Below, one piece after another: positions 26,007 through 36,249 of a DNA stretch of 39,657 bases (within the stretch, counting starts at the first letter, position 1; every line of letters starts with the position of its first letter). Position numbers and translations under genes: made by a program. Under the pieces are notes generated by a model. The model saw nothing but the letters and a program-made list of their open reading frames with translations. It searched no databases and was not told the origin of the DNA. The stretch is from Macrostomum lignano. Taxonomy: Eukaryota. Where the stretch lies: the NCBI GenBank assembly GCA_002269645.1, contig NIVC01002673.1, forward strand, positions 1 to 39,657, read 5' to 3'.

Positions 26007-27009
26007 TGATAGAATAAATGCTTGCAATCTCCTACTCGTACTGCAAATCCTCATTTGGTGTGATTCAGTTTCATGTATTTATAAATAAAAAACTTTCATA
26101 TTTTAATTCGTATAAAAATCTAGTCGCTAATTGGTGTGTATATTCTTGTACATACATTGTCACTCAATATATGCCTGCAATTTTTGTTATTTTTATAAAT
26201 TACCCAGCGTTTATGCTATTTTAACTTGCTTCACGTACTTTCTTCTATCGCTTGTGTTGTGAATTTTCTATTTGAAGTTGACTTAAGTCTGGCAACAGTT
26301 GCTGATAAGAACTGTTTTTTGCTGCAAGTCGGCTGACTTTACATGAAAATATTTTTTAACTACGCCTCAATATTAAAAATATGTTTATTACGCGAGTAAC
26401 ATTGTGCGTTGCGGTTTATGACAGATTATTTATGGCAGGCTGCATCTACCATATTTGGTTCTGGCTAATGGGACGTTATTAGTTTTAAAAAAAAAAGAAA
26501 TTAAATTAGTGACTAGCTATCCATTAATCAGTGATACGAGCGTAATTGGCATTATGCGTTCCTGTCATTACATTTTTGCGAATAAAATTTTGATAGTTTT
26601 TGAGCACTTTGCTAACAGATATTTTTAATACTTCGTTTGCTTCTGGTCTGCCTTAATTATATTTTCCTTCAGAAGTTTCTTGTCTTTTTGCTGCTTTTTA
26701 TATGGCAAGCTGTTTTAATCGTTAATTGTACCAGTAAGCTTAAAACGTACTAGCTTTGCTGTTTTGACTTTCGACTCCGTGTTATAGATGTTTCGTACAG
26801 TTGTTTTGTGACACCGAAAGAAAAGTAAAAATGAATGTTGTTATATGCTGATCCGACTAGGATTCATCGCATAAATTACGTAACTTTTTGTAACATAAAG
26901 TTACTTTTTGTTGAATTAATGGTCTTATTCTATCCTCATACGTCACTCAGAAAGACCGCTCGCTAACCGAGAGCAGTATGTGTACGGGCTACGGGTACTG
27001 TGGAAAGAA

Positions 27010-27445
27010 AATAGGGTGGGGGTTGAATGGTCAGTTATGGCTTTACGCACTCCACGCGTGGACACTGATAAGGACCGCTAGCCAAGAGCAATGAAGTAAG
27101 AGCATTGGCTGGGCCTGGGGAAGGGAAGTGAGGGTGTGGATTGAATAGTCAGTCATGGATTTACGCACTCCACGCGTGGACACTGATAGGCTAGCCAAGA
27201 GCAATAAAGTGTAGGCATTGGCTGGGCCTGGGGAAGGGAAGTGAGGGTGTGGGCTGAATGGTCAGTCGTGGCTTTACGCACTCCACGCGTGGACACTGAT
27301 AAGGACCGCTAGCCAAGAGCAATGAAGTAAGAGCATTGGCTGGGCCTGGGGAAGGGAAGTGAGGGTGTGGGCTGAGTGGTCAGTCGTGGCTTTACTCACT
27401 CCACGCGTGGACACTGATAAGGACCGCTAGCCAAGAGCATTGGCT
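27010..27445. repeat. ~118-bp tandem repeat (~3.7 copies), each with the palindrome TCCACGCGTGGA
   Basis: Palindrome at 27051, 27169, 27282, 27400 (periods 118/113/118). Each unit also has an AGCCAA...TTGGCT inverted pair. Confidence 0.9.
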
Positions 27446-28474
27446 CAATATGGCTGGGCAAGGAAAATGGGGGTGGTTGAATAGTCAGCTTTAAGCACTC
27501 TCCAAGCTAACGCGTGTAACGCTTCTAGCCAATAGTAATAAGGGGTTGAAAGATGTCGAAAGATTGTACTATGTGACGTCGTAGTAACTAATTTTTTTTT
27601 TCGGCGCGCCAGCTTTTTTTCGTAAAGTATCGCATGTGTGTGTTTATTTTTTACTTCATTATATTTCTGCTTCTGCTTGCTTGCGAAGTTAATCAATTGT
27701 TGGCAACTTAAATCGAATGAATCTCAGAAATATACCATATACGCTTTGGCACATTACCGTAAACGCCCAACAAGAACGCCATTATTGAAAGGCAGTGTTT
27801 TAAGTCACTGCTACTTTTCTCCCCGGAAGCAATTCCTGGAAATTTATTAAAACAAGTTCTTTGTTTTATTATTATTTAATTTTAAGTACATTGGTAAAAA
27901 CCCAATAGTTTTGCTATTGTCGCAATGAACTGCGGCCAAAAACCTGTTGGTTTTTCTTTGCCTGAAAGGATATAAAGTTCAAGGATACAAGCTTGCAAAA
28001 TCATTCTGTATATTTGGATTGAGAACTAAAAATAAGAATGAATTGCCAAACCCCCGTATTTCTAAAGTTTTTGAATCAGTCGCTGGAGCCTTGCGGGTTG
28101 CCCCTCGTGGGTGTGAATTTCGCGACGACCCCGGCATAAGTCGAATACGTATTTCTTGTTTATAGGCTTGGACTCAAAACGTCCAGCAGTTCAAATCACA
28201 GACTGTCAATGGTATAATCTATTATAAAATATGAATATATGTTTGAATTGCGTGCATAATTAATAAGGACTGAGCAAATAAGTAAAATGGTCTGAACAAG
28301 AATGCAAATCATTAACGTAGCAAAACAACTCGCTGACAAATCAACAGTTAGAATTACATGTGTAAACAAAAACATTTCAATTGTAATAATAGAAATTTTT
28401 TGACGTTGTCATGCTCTAACTGCACTACTGACTGTTCACTAAGTAGTGTAGTAAGAACTAGAAAAAATTACTAG

Positions 28475-29200
28475 CTACTCGCGGGCGCCAATACGACCAC
28501 CATTTGGCTTGAACTTCACGCCCGGGAAGCAGTCGGGATGCTCGCCTCTCAGCAGCACCCGGTCCTCCTCCGTCAGATCAACTCGACCTGATGGAGAAAT
28601 GTCCGAGTTTTCAATGACGCGCCATGATAACCAATTGCATCCATTTATACCTAGGAAGCTTTGGTCCAAAATAACGTTAGGACTTTTAGGGTCTTCCCAT
28701 TATTACAATCCAATCTAGCATTAGATTCTAAGAGTGAGTGATTCTTTGAGTGAGAGCGTGATTCTTAGGGCGATAGAGTGATTCTTAGGGCGATAGAGTG
28801 ATTCTTAGGGCGAGAGAGTGGTTCTTAGGGCTATAGAGTTATTCTTAAGGCGAGTGAGTGATTCCTAAGGTAAGAGAGTGACATGAGAGTGAAAGGCGAG
28901 TGAGTGATTGGTATTCACCGTTTGGGAATCGATAAACCCAGAATATGATTTGCTCAAGCGGTTTTCCCTCTGTGACTCCGGTCCCCTCTCACCCTCGTGT
29001 CGGGCGATGAAGGCCAGGCAGATGCGGGCGGTGAGCAGAACAGCGTCGCACGGGTGCAGCGAGTCGGCGAGACCGATCCGCCTGGACAGCCAGGCAGACA
29101 GGTACAGCCCTGCGTCCGTCTGCGCCGCGTGGTTCGCGCCTCTGCGGGGTTTAGGGCGGAGTGAGCATTAGGATTCTTAGAGTGATTCTTAAGAGAGGGA

Positions 29201-29255
<55 letters not shown>

Positions 29256-32252
29256 AGAAGGAGAGAGGAGAGAGAGGGGGAAGGAGAGAGAAGAGAGGAG
29301 AGAGAAGAGAGAGAGAGATAGAGGGAGAAGGAGAGAGGAGAGGTAGAAATGGATGCAGATAAAATCGGAGAGTGAGACGGGTATAGATTTGAAGGGCAGC
29401 AGAAGCTGAGGAAATTCTGCATGCTAAGATTCTTAGAGTGATTCTTAGAGAGTGATTGTGGTAGGGTGAGGGTGGGTTTTTAGGGTTAGAGTGATTCTGG
29501 TAGGGTGAGGGTGGGTTTTTAGGGTGAGAGTGATTCTGGTAGGGCGAGGGTGGTTCTTAGGGTGAGAGTGATTCTTTGGGTGATAGTGATTCTCGTAGAG
29601 TGAGGGTGATTTTTGTAGGGTGAGAATGATCCTTGTAGGGTTAGGGTGATTCTCGTAGGGTTAGGGTGATTCTCGTAGGGTGAGAGTGATCCTCGTAGGG
29701 TGAGAGTGCTTCTCGTATGGTGAGGGCGATTCTCGTAGGGTGAGGGTGATTCTTGTAGGATTAGGGCGATTTCTAGGGTGTGAGAGCGTGATTCTTACGG
29801 TGTGAATGATTCTTTGGGTGAGAGAGTCATTCGTAGTGTGAGAGTGATTGAGAATGAGAGTGACAGGAATTATTCAGATTCTTAGGGTGACAGAGTGGTT
29901 CTTTGGGTGAGAGAGTCATTCGTAGTGTGAGAGTGATTGAGAATGAGAGTGACAGGAATTATTCAGATTCTTAGGGTGACAGAGTGGTTCTTTGGGTGAG
30001 AGAGTCATTCGTAGTGTGAGAGTGATTGAGAATGAGAGTGACAGGAATTATTCAGATTCTTAGGGTGACAGAGTGGTTCTTTGGGTGAGAGAGTCATTCG
30101 TAGTGTGAGAGTGATTGAGAATGAGAGTGACAGGAATTATTCAGATTCTTAGGGTGACAGAGTGGTTCTTTGGGTGAGAGGTTATTATTTTGGTGAGAGA
30201 GTGATTCTTAGTTTAAGAAGAGAGCGATTCTTAGTTGCGAGTGTTTGAAGCTCACTATGCCACATTTTACCTGATGCTCAGGTTGGCCTTCATCTCCTCG
30301 CTCTCGATGGCATCCAGCACCGCCTGCACCCGCTGGGCGTTGGCCTCCCAGTGAAAAATTTCGTTGCTAAGAAACAGCACGGGGATCTTCACGTTGTTGT
30401 AGTGCTCGGGGTCAACCGGGTGCATCCAGATGTCCAGCAGGCTGCAAGTTCTGTGGTTAGATGGTAGCGAGCGGTTATAGGGATAGTCGCAGCGGCTACC
30501 CACTCCCCACCCACCCCACTCCTCACCGACCCCCCTCCCCACCCACCCCACTCCTCACCGACCCCACTCCTCACCCACCCCACTCCTTACCATACATGCG
30601 CAATCTCCGAAATTCGGTCGGCCGTGCGACTTAGTTTAACAAAAATGCGACGTAGTTTTTAGCCAAAAATGCGACTTACATGTAAAAAAATCCTAAAGCA
30701 AAATTACCGCAACTTTGGGTAAACGGCAGGAGTAACTATGACTGTCTTATTAAGCCAAAATGCCTCGTCAGCTACTTAGTACTACTTCTTGGGTGTTTTT
30801 TGGGTGGGCATTTTTGCGACTTCCTTGGTTGGCCGCCAAATCGGTCGGCCGGATTGGCCGACTCGGCCGACTGTTGCGCATGTATGCTCCTTACCCACCC
30901 CACTCCTCACACCCCACTCCTCACCGACCCCACTCCTCACCCACCCCAATGCTCACCCACCACTGCTTACCCACCCCACTCCTCACCCACCCCATTTTTC
31001 CCAATATTTATAATATTCTTACTTGTACACTGCCTCAGGCGTTGTGGCAAGCGTCGTTAATGCGGTGGCGGCGCCGAAGGAGTGGCCCATCAGATGAACT
31101 CGATTCGGGTCGATCAGGCCCTGTGCAGTGATAAAAGAAAGAAAAGTATAGAAACTGGAAAGTTTTTCTTTAGACCCAAAAGCCTCCAGTCTGGGAGATG
31201 AAGAGCGCCCGTGTCGGAGAGTGAAAGCCGCAATAATGACTATTGAAGTGGACCGACGCCAAAACTAAACCCGTAGCAACTAAAACGACCTCCAAGGTGC
31301 TTGAATTGGCACACCAATCATCTGAACTGGCACACCTAGCATCTGAACTGGCACATCTAGAACCTGAACTGGCACACTTAGCAGCTGAACTGGCACACCT
31401 AGCATCTGAACTGGCACATCTAGAACCTGAACTGGCACACTTAGCAGCTGAACTGGCACATCTAGCACCTGAACTGGCACACTTAGCAGCTGAACTGGCA
31501 CATCTAGCACCTGAACTGGCACACTTAGCAGCTGAACTGGCACATCTAGCACCTGAACTGGCACATCTAGCACCTGAACTGGCACCTCGCGAAGCTGAGC
31601 ACCCAGAAGCGCCCCCAGCAGGACTCACCCGGAAGCTGGCCAGCAGGCTGTCGGGGCAGCCGCCCAGCTCCTCGGGCAAGCGATTGGCCACCGGCGGCTG
31701 CCCCCTGCCCAGCGCCAAGACGGCCTCCGTCAGCTGAAGGCACTCGCCGGCCCGCCACCGAGCCTGCGCGTGCCGCCGAGGAAAGTCGTTCAACTGGCCC
31801 GCCTCCATAGGCAGCCAGCGGCGTTGCCCGTCGACAACGTCGAAGGACATCGATGCGGAGCCGTCGCGGTGTTCAACGGCAGCCACTAGGAAGCCGCGCG
31901 AGGCCAGCTCCAGGCACAGCGACGAATAGATGTGACGCTGAGCGCCCAGGCCGTGCGAGAAGATGATGACTGGCAGAGGCTGCGCGGGCCGCAGCGGCTC
32001 GGCCTGCCAAGCGCAGTTCAGGCGCAGACGGCCGAAGCCCCAGCAGAGGAAGGCGGACAGCCAGGAGCCCCAGTTGGAGAAAGCCAGCAGGCCGCGCACG
32101 TACTCCGGCTCCGTGTAGGGGTGCCCGGCGCCTGGCGCGGCTAGCGCGGGGTAGAATAGGCGCGCCAACACGCCGCCGCCATTGTCGGAGGCGGGCCCGG
32201 TCAGCAGGTCGAGCGCTCCGACCGGGTGCGGGCCGCAGGGCTCGAACACGAA
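28475..32252 (-). CDS. Platelet-activating-factor acetylhydrolase family (PAFAH2/PLA2G7-like) alpha/beta hydrolase; 5' end unresolved
   Basis: complement(join(28475..28587,28993..29141,30271..30450,31023..31120,31629..32252)); 1164 nt, phases 0/2/2/1 consistent. Motifs: GPHPVG, RLFYP, PVIIFSHGLGAQR..YS..C.ELASRGFLVAAVEHRDGSAS, MGHSFGAATA (Ser), LLDIWMHP (Asp), RGANHAAQTD (His). No in-frame ATG before the first recognised exon. Confidence 0.9.
28735..28905. repeat. ~20-bp GAGTGATTCTTAGGG-type minisatellite (PAF-AH intron)
   Basis: GTGATTCTTAGGGCGATAGA repeated with variation; contains TTAGGG. Confidence 0.85.
29193..29342. repeat. (GA)n microsatellite and degenerate purine tract
   Basis: Pure GA run at ~29205..29248 followed by GGA/GAA variants. 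Confidence 0.95.
29420..30235. repeat. TTAGGG/GTAGGG-containing minisatellite with an 89-bp higher-order repeat (x4)
   Basis: ~20-bp units (GGTGAGAGTGATTCTCGTAG). The 89-bp unit starts at 29816, 29905, 29994, 30083, and partially at 30172. Confidence 0.9.
30500..30995. repeat. CCCCACTCCTCACC(C/G)A minisatellite interrupted by a MITE
   Basis: Arrays at 30500..30590 and 30887..30995 flank the insertion. Confidence 0.85.
30591..30886 (+). mobile_element. hAT-type MITE (296 bp), copy 1
   Basis: TIR CATACATGCGCAA / TTGCGCATGTATG. Exact 8-bp TSD CTCCTTAC at 30583..30590 and 30887..30894. Inverted homolog at 37043..37338. Strand is arbitrary. Confidence 0.9.
31301..31586. repeat. 21-bp minisatellite (~13 copies) in the first recognised PAF-AH intron
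   Basis: CTGAACTGGCACA(C/T)(C/T)TAG(C/A)A(T/C/G) from 31322 to 31574 at a 21-bp period, with a degenerate first unit at 31301. Confidence 0.92.
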
Positions 32253-35107
32253 CTGGAATGATTGGCGTTGATTCCAGTTGAGGGTGAAGAACTCTTGCGA
32301 AAGGAGTTTTAAAAGCTTGGAATTACACTTCTAATAACACTTTTAAATCAATAACATTTCAATAGACATTGTCTAGCTGCTTTCAGAAGAATATTCAAGC
32401 AATGATTTTTGAAAAAATGATCCTGTAAGTTATTTCGCTTTTCATGGATTTTTATAGAGCTATACAAGTATGGAACATGCCTAACCTGCTTACTCTGAAA
32501 GTTTGCCTTGGATTAATCTGTGCCGAGCCCGTGAAAATGCATGCACATGTACACGAAAAGTGCAGTAAAGTTACGCGAAGCGAGAGTTAGGAGAGTATAG
32601 TTGTGTGGATATTGCGACAGCAAACCTCGGCAGGAATCGTGCAGGGTGAGGGAGAAATGTCAGAAAAGCGCACAAGGGTTTTTATGCACTCAATAAAAAA
32701 TCTGCCTGAAAACCTTGATCCCTAAGGTAGGAAGTATTGGGCGGCAAGGAAATTTCTCCCTAAAAACTCGCAACGGAAGTATGGGTGGGGAATTTGAACT
32801 GAGGCAATCGATAACCGCCATTTGTTACCTTGCCGCCGCCCCCCGCCGCCGCTGTCCCACTTTGCAGACTTAAGCCCCAACCTTGCCAAGCGCAGACCGA
32901 GTTTCTCCTGCAGCGCGCAGTCAAGGCAATGAGCTGCAGTGTTGGCTCTCAAGAAGCTCGGCAAGTCGAGCTGCGGGATGAACACCCCGGAGCAGATGAC
33001 ACAGCGTCCAACGAGGCGAGGCGGAATCCCATGGAAGACGAGCCGCCAACTCGCTGGCTGCAACTGCGGCGGCTGCAGGTGCTGCTGCTCGAGCTGGAGC
33101 GGCGCGCCAGGGCAGCTCGGACGCTGCCTAGAGCAACGCAGGGTTGCTAGGGTGGCTCAAGAATGAGTTCGAGTGACCAGCCTGCCTGGCATTATTTTCT
33201 GCCAAAGTTTGCACTCCTCTCGTGTAAAGATAGTGGACAGTTGAATATGGGTTTCACAGACTTCAATTTGATCTTGGATTTCTATTTCTTTTATCTTAGA
33301 GCTGAGAAAAACACCACTTGTGAATATTTTAACCGCTTTTCTAACTTTATTACAAGTACAATAGCACAAAGTATAGCTAATCCAAATATTTATGGTATGG
33401 TGCAGTACAAAAATTTAGGTCAAACTCTTTTTAGCACCCATTCTTGGAGTCTTGGCTCAAAGTACAAAAAATTAAAATAGGCCTAATACACTTCATAAGT
33501 CGATATTGCTATTTTAGCTGCTTTTATTACGCATAATCCAAAACGTAAAACATACTTTTATATACTAATACTTGACATACTTTTATTGACTCGTAGCTTA
33601 TTCCACCAACAAAACAGAATGCTCTGTTACTTATTTAATTATCCTAAACTCTTGCTGCTGCATATTTTTTCGTTCGAATGAACCGATATCTGGAATTAAA
33701 AGTTTTTTTAGAAGTCTAAGTTGTATCATTAAAAAGGAAATATAATATTTGATATAGCCACGAAGTCCCCACACCCAATCGACTCAAGGTTTTTTGATAC
33801 CTCATGCCGCATGCCAGCAGCTTTGGCGACACTGGCGCTGAAGAAATAATCAAGGGCCTCAAAAATCATACCTAACCTACGTATGATTTTTACGTATGAT
33901 AAAAATCCTACCTACGTCCCAGACTCCCAGCAAAATAATTCTTAATAAGCAGCTATTTTAATAAAATTGAATAATTCTTATCTTCGAAATTCGTATAAAT
34001 AATAGAAAATATCTATGCCAAAGAAAAATTTTTCATTTAAAAATAAAATAAAATTTTCACTAAAAGTTATTTAGAATAGTATACAAAACTATATAACCCT
34101 ATTCTGCAGAAACTTTTAGTTATAACTATTAAAAGCCGATTAAATTTTCTAAGAAATTTTTGAGACGTTTTTTGAGGCCTTGCGAATTAAAACCGTTACC
34201 TGAGCCTTATTTATTTAATCACGCGCGACATTAGGCTTTCTTCGAAACTACCTCGTTTAGAGACTATCAGTATATTTTAATGTGTGATGTGTCGGATTTT
34301 ACTATAGCGGGTATGTATGATATATACTAAATAAAATACAAAGAAGAGTCAAATAAAAATATAAGTCTCGTCATAACCTTAAAACCTTATCATGCAATTT
34401 CTATTATTATAGACGTATTCTATAGATAGGCTAGTAGACATAGCCCATGGCCATACTGCTCTACTCAGTATACACTGTAGGCCTGTAGCCTAGGCCCATT
34501 GGCCGTGTAGGTTAATCAATAGTCCTACTCCTAGAGTCCTATTGGATGTGAATGCTATCAATATTAGGCCTAGGCATTATGAAACATAGTCCCATGCTTA
34601 CTATTTAATCAGCCTAGTTGTTCAACCATCCCCATAGTGGTACCATGCCTAGGCTGCCTACTGCTAGGCTAAGAGAAAGACTAGCACTAGCAGACTAGGT
34701 CTAGGTCCTAGGAATATGATGACTTAGAAAGAAGCTACCCATAGGCCATAGCCCATAGCATGCCATTAGCACTTGTCAATTAGGCCTAGTTTTAGGCCTA
34801 GACTAGATGGCCACATACCAAGATGGCCACAACATTAAATCTTTATTACAAGCTAGGGCCTATATCTAACTTTCTCTTTTTACCATTGACATTGTTTTGT
34901 AACTTGATAACTAATGTTATATTAATTATTATGTTTAATTAATCATCATCGTCAAAGATTAATCCAATAGGCCTAATATTAGATTTGAAACTAGGCCTAA
35001 TTATCTATAATACAACTGAAATCATTTTGACTTTAGTTTTTGTTTAGCCTCCCTAGTCTAGTTCTATTTATAATTTATATATATAAATATAAATGGAATA
35101 TATAATA

Positions 35108-35189
35108 TATGGCAGTGCTTATCCCCACGGTACCGTAGGAATAATTTCTGTCTTATTCCAACGGTACCATGGGAATAAGCACTGCCATA
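35108..35189. repeat. 82-bp near-perfect hairpin (37-bp arms, 8-nt loop)
   Basis: TATGGCAGTGCTTATCCCCACGGTACCGTAGGAATAA - TTTCTGTC - reverse complement with 34/37 matches; TA-rich flanks. Confidence 0.9.
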
Positions 35190-36249
35190 ATATATATATA
35201 ATATATTTATCTCTTTAAGACTTGAAGATTTATTCCCAAGACTAATTATGACTAATTAGTAATAAAGAAATATATAAACATTATTTAGGTCTATCTATTT
35301 AGACATTTTAACTATGGAGTATGGCCATCTTGTTCTTGGTATGTAGCCATCTTGGTCATCTACCATTAAGGCCTAGGTATACACTAGGCCTAGGCTATTG
35401 CCAAATGCCTATTTATTATAATAGGCCTAACAAAATGGCCCCATTGGCATAATAAAATATTAAGCCTATAATTTAATAAAATCTGTGGCTGTGGCTAGGG
35501 TTGGGATGCCTATAATGTAAAAATAAAAATATAGGGCCTAAAGTAGAAAATAATATAAGAATAAGCCTATTTTATTAATAATATTAATATAGGCCCCTAT
35601 TATTTGAGAGATATTACAATTTTTTGTATTATTCAGTCTATTGTTTGCCTTGATTAAAAACTGTATTGATTAGGCCTATCCTACCTAACCTAGGCAAAAA
35701 CTTAAATCATATCAAATATTATGAAAAAGAAAACAAACATTAACTTATATTTATTTTCTTATATATTATGGCCAATATATTTTGACCCTTGTAGGTCATC
35801 ATCAGGGTAGTAATGAAAATTGAAAATTGAATAAACAGTTAAATAAATATATATGTATTAATATATATTAAATAAATATAACATGTTTATTCAATTTTAA
35901 GTGGTGATTATAAACTGAAAGATAAACTGAAAGATAATGATAGCTATTTGCTAAGCAAGCAATGAATTTAGATTTATGATGACTCAATTTAAATAAAATG
36001 ATTAATTATAAATGTTGCCACTTAAATCAGGCAAAATAGAAAGATTTTAATCAATTCTGCTACATATCATCTTTACCCTCTTGCTGCTATTTTGGTTATG
36101 CATAAATATGGCTAAAGGCCCAAAGAAATATGGCAATCAACAACTATGTGCCCTCTCCCAGGTATTGGTAGAATGTCTCAAACCTAATATTCACTTGCAT
36201 TTACCTAGGATACATTTGCTAGTAATGCCTGATAGTGTGGCCTTGGTGA

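Noticed and set aside
27060-27160. CTGATAAG in the 118-bp unit as a decayed hammerhead CUGAUGAG
   Set aside because: No GAAA after a plausible stem II.
11965-31628. Rule that intronic minisatellites are always C-rich on the sense strand
   Set aside because: Holds for several arrays, but the 30500..30995 array is G-rich on the PAF-AH sense strand and the 21-bp array is neutral.
31243-31737. ELAHLAP heptad-repeat ORF (apparent coiled coil or LRR)
   Set aside because: Translation of the 21-bp intronic minisatellite on the antisense strand of PAF-AH.
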